From NCBI GenBank assembly GCA_016839705.1, contig JAEOTR010000023.1:33144-97143 (forward strand): a stretch of DNA of 64,000 nucleotides. The letters run 5' to 3'. Below, piece after piece: positions 61,918-64,000 of the stretch. This stretch comes from Promethearchaeota archaeon. GTDB lineage: Archaea > Asgardarchaeota > Lokiarchaeia > Sigyniarchaeales > SOKP01. Both the position numbers and the translations under genes were made by a program. The notes beneath the pieces were generated by a model, which was given only the letters and a program-made list of their open reading frames with translations, did no database searches and had not been told where the DNA came from. Numbering within the stretch: the stretch's first letter is position 1; each line of letters begins with the position of its first letter.

Positions 61918-63633
61918 TCACATTTTATCTAAAGTATCAATTCCTAAAAGGTTTAGACCAGTTTTAATTACAATTTGCACACATTTTATTAAAAGCAATC
62001 TTGCTCTTTCTAATTGTTTATCTTCAGAAATAACTGGACATTGGCTATAAAATGTATTAAATGTCTGACATAATGTCAAAAGATATTGAGGTATCAAATG
62101 TATGTCATATTTTTGGGTTGCTTGTTCTATAATTTCTGGAAAATAATTTAGTTGCTTAATTAAATTTATCTCAGTTTCATGTTGTAACAAATCCCAATTG
62201 ATTTCTAAATCTATCTTTGCTTCTGATTTCGTAATTATCGATTCTATTCTCGCAAAGCAATATTGTATATAAGGACCCGTTTCTCCTTCAAAGGAAATAC
62301 TTTCTTTTGGATTAAATACAAAATCAGATTTAAGATTAAATTTTAGAAAGAAAAAGCGTAATGCCCCCATGCCTATAATATTGGCTCTCTTTTTTTTATC
62401 TTCTTCAGTAATGTTAGGGTATCTCTCATCTACTTCCTTATATGCAACTTCGAGGACTTCTTCAATAATTTCATCCGCTTCGACAATAGTTCCCTCTCTG
62501 CTTTTCATTCTCCCTTCTGGGAGGGAAATCATTCCATATGATAAATGAAAATTATCTCCCTTAAATCCGATCATTTCTAAAACAGTAAATAGTTGCTTAA
62601 AATATAAATTCTGCTCATTTGCAACCACATATAAAGACCTATCATAATTAAAATCTTGTTTTTTAAGATATGCAAGGTAAATATCTTGAGTAGGATATAA
62701 AGAAGTGCCATCTCTTCGGAGCAAAATTAAATTTGGTAAGTCATGATCTTCCTCTAAATCCGCAAAAATTGCACCATCTACAGTTTTTTTAAATACTCCT
62801 CTCTCTAAATTTTCAAATATGATTTCTCTTCCTCTAGTATAAATTTCAGATTCATTATATTCTTTAATGAATTTTAAATCAAAATTTTTAAAGGTTTCTT
62901 TGAAACCTTCCAGAGCCCAATTTCTCATTTTCTCCCATAGATTTCGAGTTTCCTTGTCCTCAGCTTCCCATAATCGTAATAATGTATAGGCTTCATTAAT
63001 TAGATTTTCGTCTTTTTGTGCCATTTCACGGTATTTCAAATAATAATCTCCTGCAAAATGATCAGACTTTTTCGTTGGTTCCTGATTATTTCCCCATTTT
63101 TTATACGCCAACATAGATTTGCAAATGTTTATACCTCTATCATTTCTTAAGTTAACCTCAAATACTTCTTGCTTCTTATATTTTAATAGATTTGATATAG
63201 AAGTGCCTATTAGTATATTCCGTACGTGTCCTAAATGGAGAGGGTGGTTAGTATTTGCAGAAGGATATTCTATGACAATTCTTAATGGCTTTTTGATTTT
63301 TTCACCTAAAACTTCATAAAGCCTTCCATAATCATTTTTCAATTCAAATATATTTTTTAACACAATTGAAGATTTAAGTTTAAAATTCAAATACGGGCCT
63401 GTAGCTTCAATTTGTTCAATAAAGTCTGGTAGTGTTAATTCTTTGACTAATTTTTGGGCAATCTCCTTTGGATTCTTTTTTTCAATTTTACTTAATCGAT
63501 AGACAGGAAAGGCATAAGAAAAATTAATATTTGGGGGAGGTATTTCGATAAGGTTTTCAATTTCTTCTGAAGAAAAACTATGAATATGTTTAGATAGGTA
63601 TTCTGCGATTGTATGTTTATCAATTATTTTCAT
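61918..63633 (-). CDS. argS: Arginine--tRNA ligase
   Basis: EYPSANTNHPLHLGHVRN, DGTSLY, MKSREG, GETGPYIQY, C-terminal KM. Confidence 0.97.
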   Translation of the reverse strand: MKIIDKHTIAEYLSKHIHSFSSEEIENLIEIPPPNINFSYAFPVYRLSKIEKKNPKEIAQKLVKELTLPDFIEQIEATGPYLNFKLKSSIVLKNIFELKNDYGRLYEVLGEKIKKPLRIVIEYPSANTNHPLHLGHVRNILIGTSISNLLKYKKQEVFEVNLRNDRGINICKSMLAYKKWGNNQEPTKKSDHFAGDYYLKYREMAQKDENLINEAYTLLRLWEAEDKETRNLWEKMRNWALEGFKETFKNFDLKFIKEYNESEIYTRGREIIFENLERGVFKKTVDGAIFADLEEDHDLPNLILLRRDGTSLYPTQDIYLAYLKKQDFNYDRSLYVVANEQNLYFKQLFTVLEMIGFKGDNFHLSYGMISLPEGRMKSREGTIVEADEIIEEVLEVAYKEVDERYPNITEEDKKKRANIIGMGALRFFFLKFNLKSDFVFNPKESISFEGETGPYIQYCFARIESIITKSEAKIDLEINWDLLQHETEINLIKQLNYFPEIIEQATQKYDIHLIPQYLLTLCQTFNTFYSQCPVISEDKQLERARLLLIKCVQIVIKTGLNLLGIDTLDKM

Positions 63634-63828
63634 TTTTCAAATTTCTTCTTATTTAACAATTCTAATGATGAAAAAGATTAAAACTTTTATCTGTTGTGCA
63701 AAATAAAGTGTGATAATCAAATTTTTTTTATCCTTAAAATAAGATTAAAATAATATTATTTTTATAATAGCGATCAAATAACATTGAAATAATTAAGTAA
63801 TAAACGAAATGACTGAATTTTTATTATT

Positions 63829-64000
63829 ATGATGACTGAGAAAGAACAAAAACTTGTGTTAAAATGGGTTGACGATAGCGGTCAGTTTCGCCCTATAGAA
63901 TCTGAGTCGGATATGAGTGAAGGAATTTTCTTAGAGTTAATTCAAGAAGAAAATACATGGAAATTTTTCTATATTAAAGGAACCTCCTTGATTTCAAGAA
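63829..64000 (+). CDS. Hypothetical protein, truncated by the window end
   Basis: Open frame MMTEKEQKLVLKWVDDSGQFRPIE...KGTSLISR runs to the end of the window. Confidence 0.55.
   Translation, partial: MMTEKEQKLVLKWVDDSGQFRPIESESDMSEGIFLELIQEENTWKFFYIKGTSLISR

Overview
AT-rich archaeal chromosome segment. Gene content points to an Asgard archaeon of the Lokiarchaeia type: six Rab-like small GTPases, longin/uDENN-like and V4R proteins, eL22, CDC48, form III RuBisCO, tetraether synthase, TBP, TFS and aIF2-gamma. The protein genes are mostly housekeeping, and I found no transposase, integrase or CRISPR array. The most unusual signals are in RNA. (1) A circularly permuted 5S rRNA gene (minus strand, 4378-4497) has its 3' half before its 5' half, joined by a UUCG tetraloop. 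It is flanked by inverted repeats and a bulge-helix-bulge-like junction whose cleavage and ligation would give a 120-nt circular 5S rRNA with the canonical sequence restored. (2) A 30-nt, stop-containing insertion in a Rab-like GTPase gene (56927-56956) folds into a similar BHB-like junction and would splice out in frame, making it a candidate archaeal mRNA intron. (3) An isoleucine-rich leader peptide with alternative RNA pairings lies upstream of ileS, suggesting ribosome-dependent attenuation. Other observations: a second structured leader before an MFS transporter, an unannotated structured RNA next to the tetraether synthase, three GTPase-X-GTPase gene sandwiches (two with V4R/Bet3-fold proteins), a 35-aa repeat protein with nebulin-like periodicity, likely ATT start codons, and a ~215-aa Met-rich insertion inside an ABC ATPase domain. 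All calls come from reading motifs by eye; no database searches were run.
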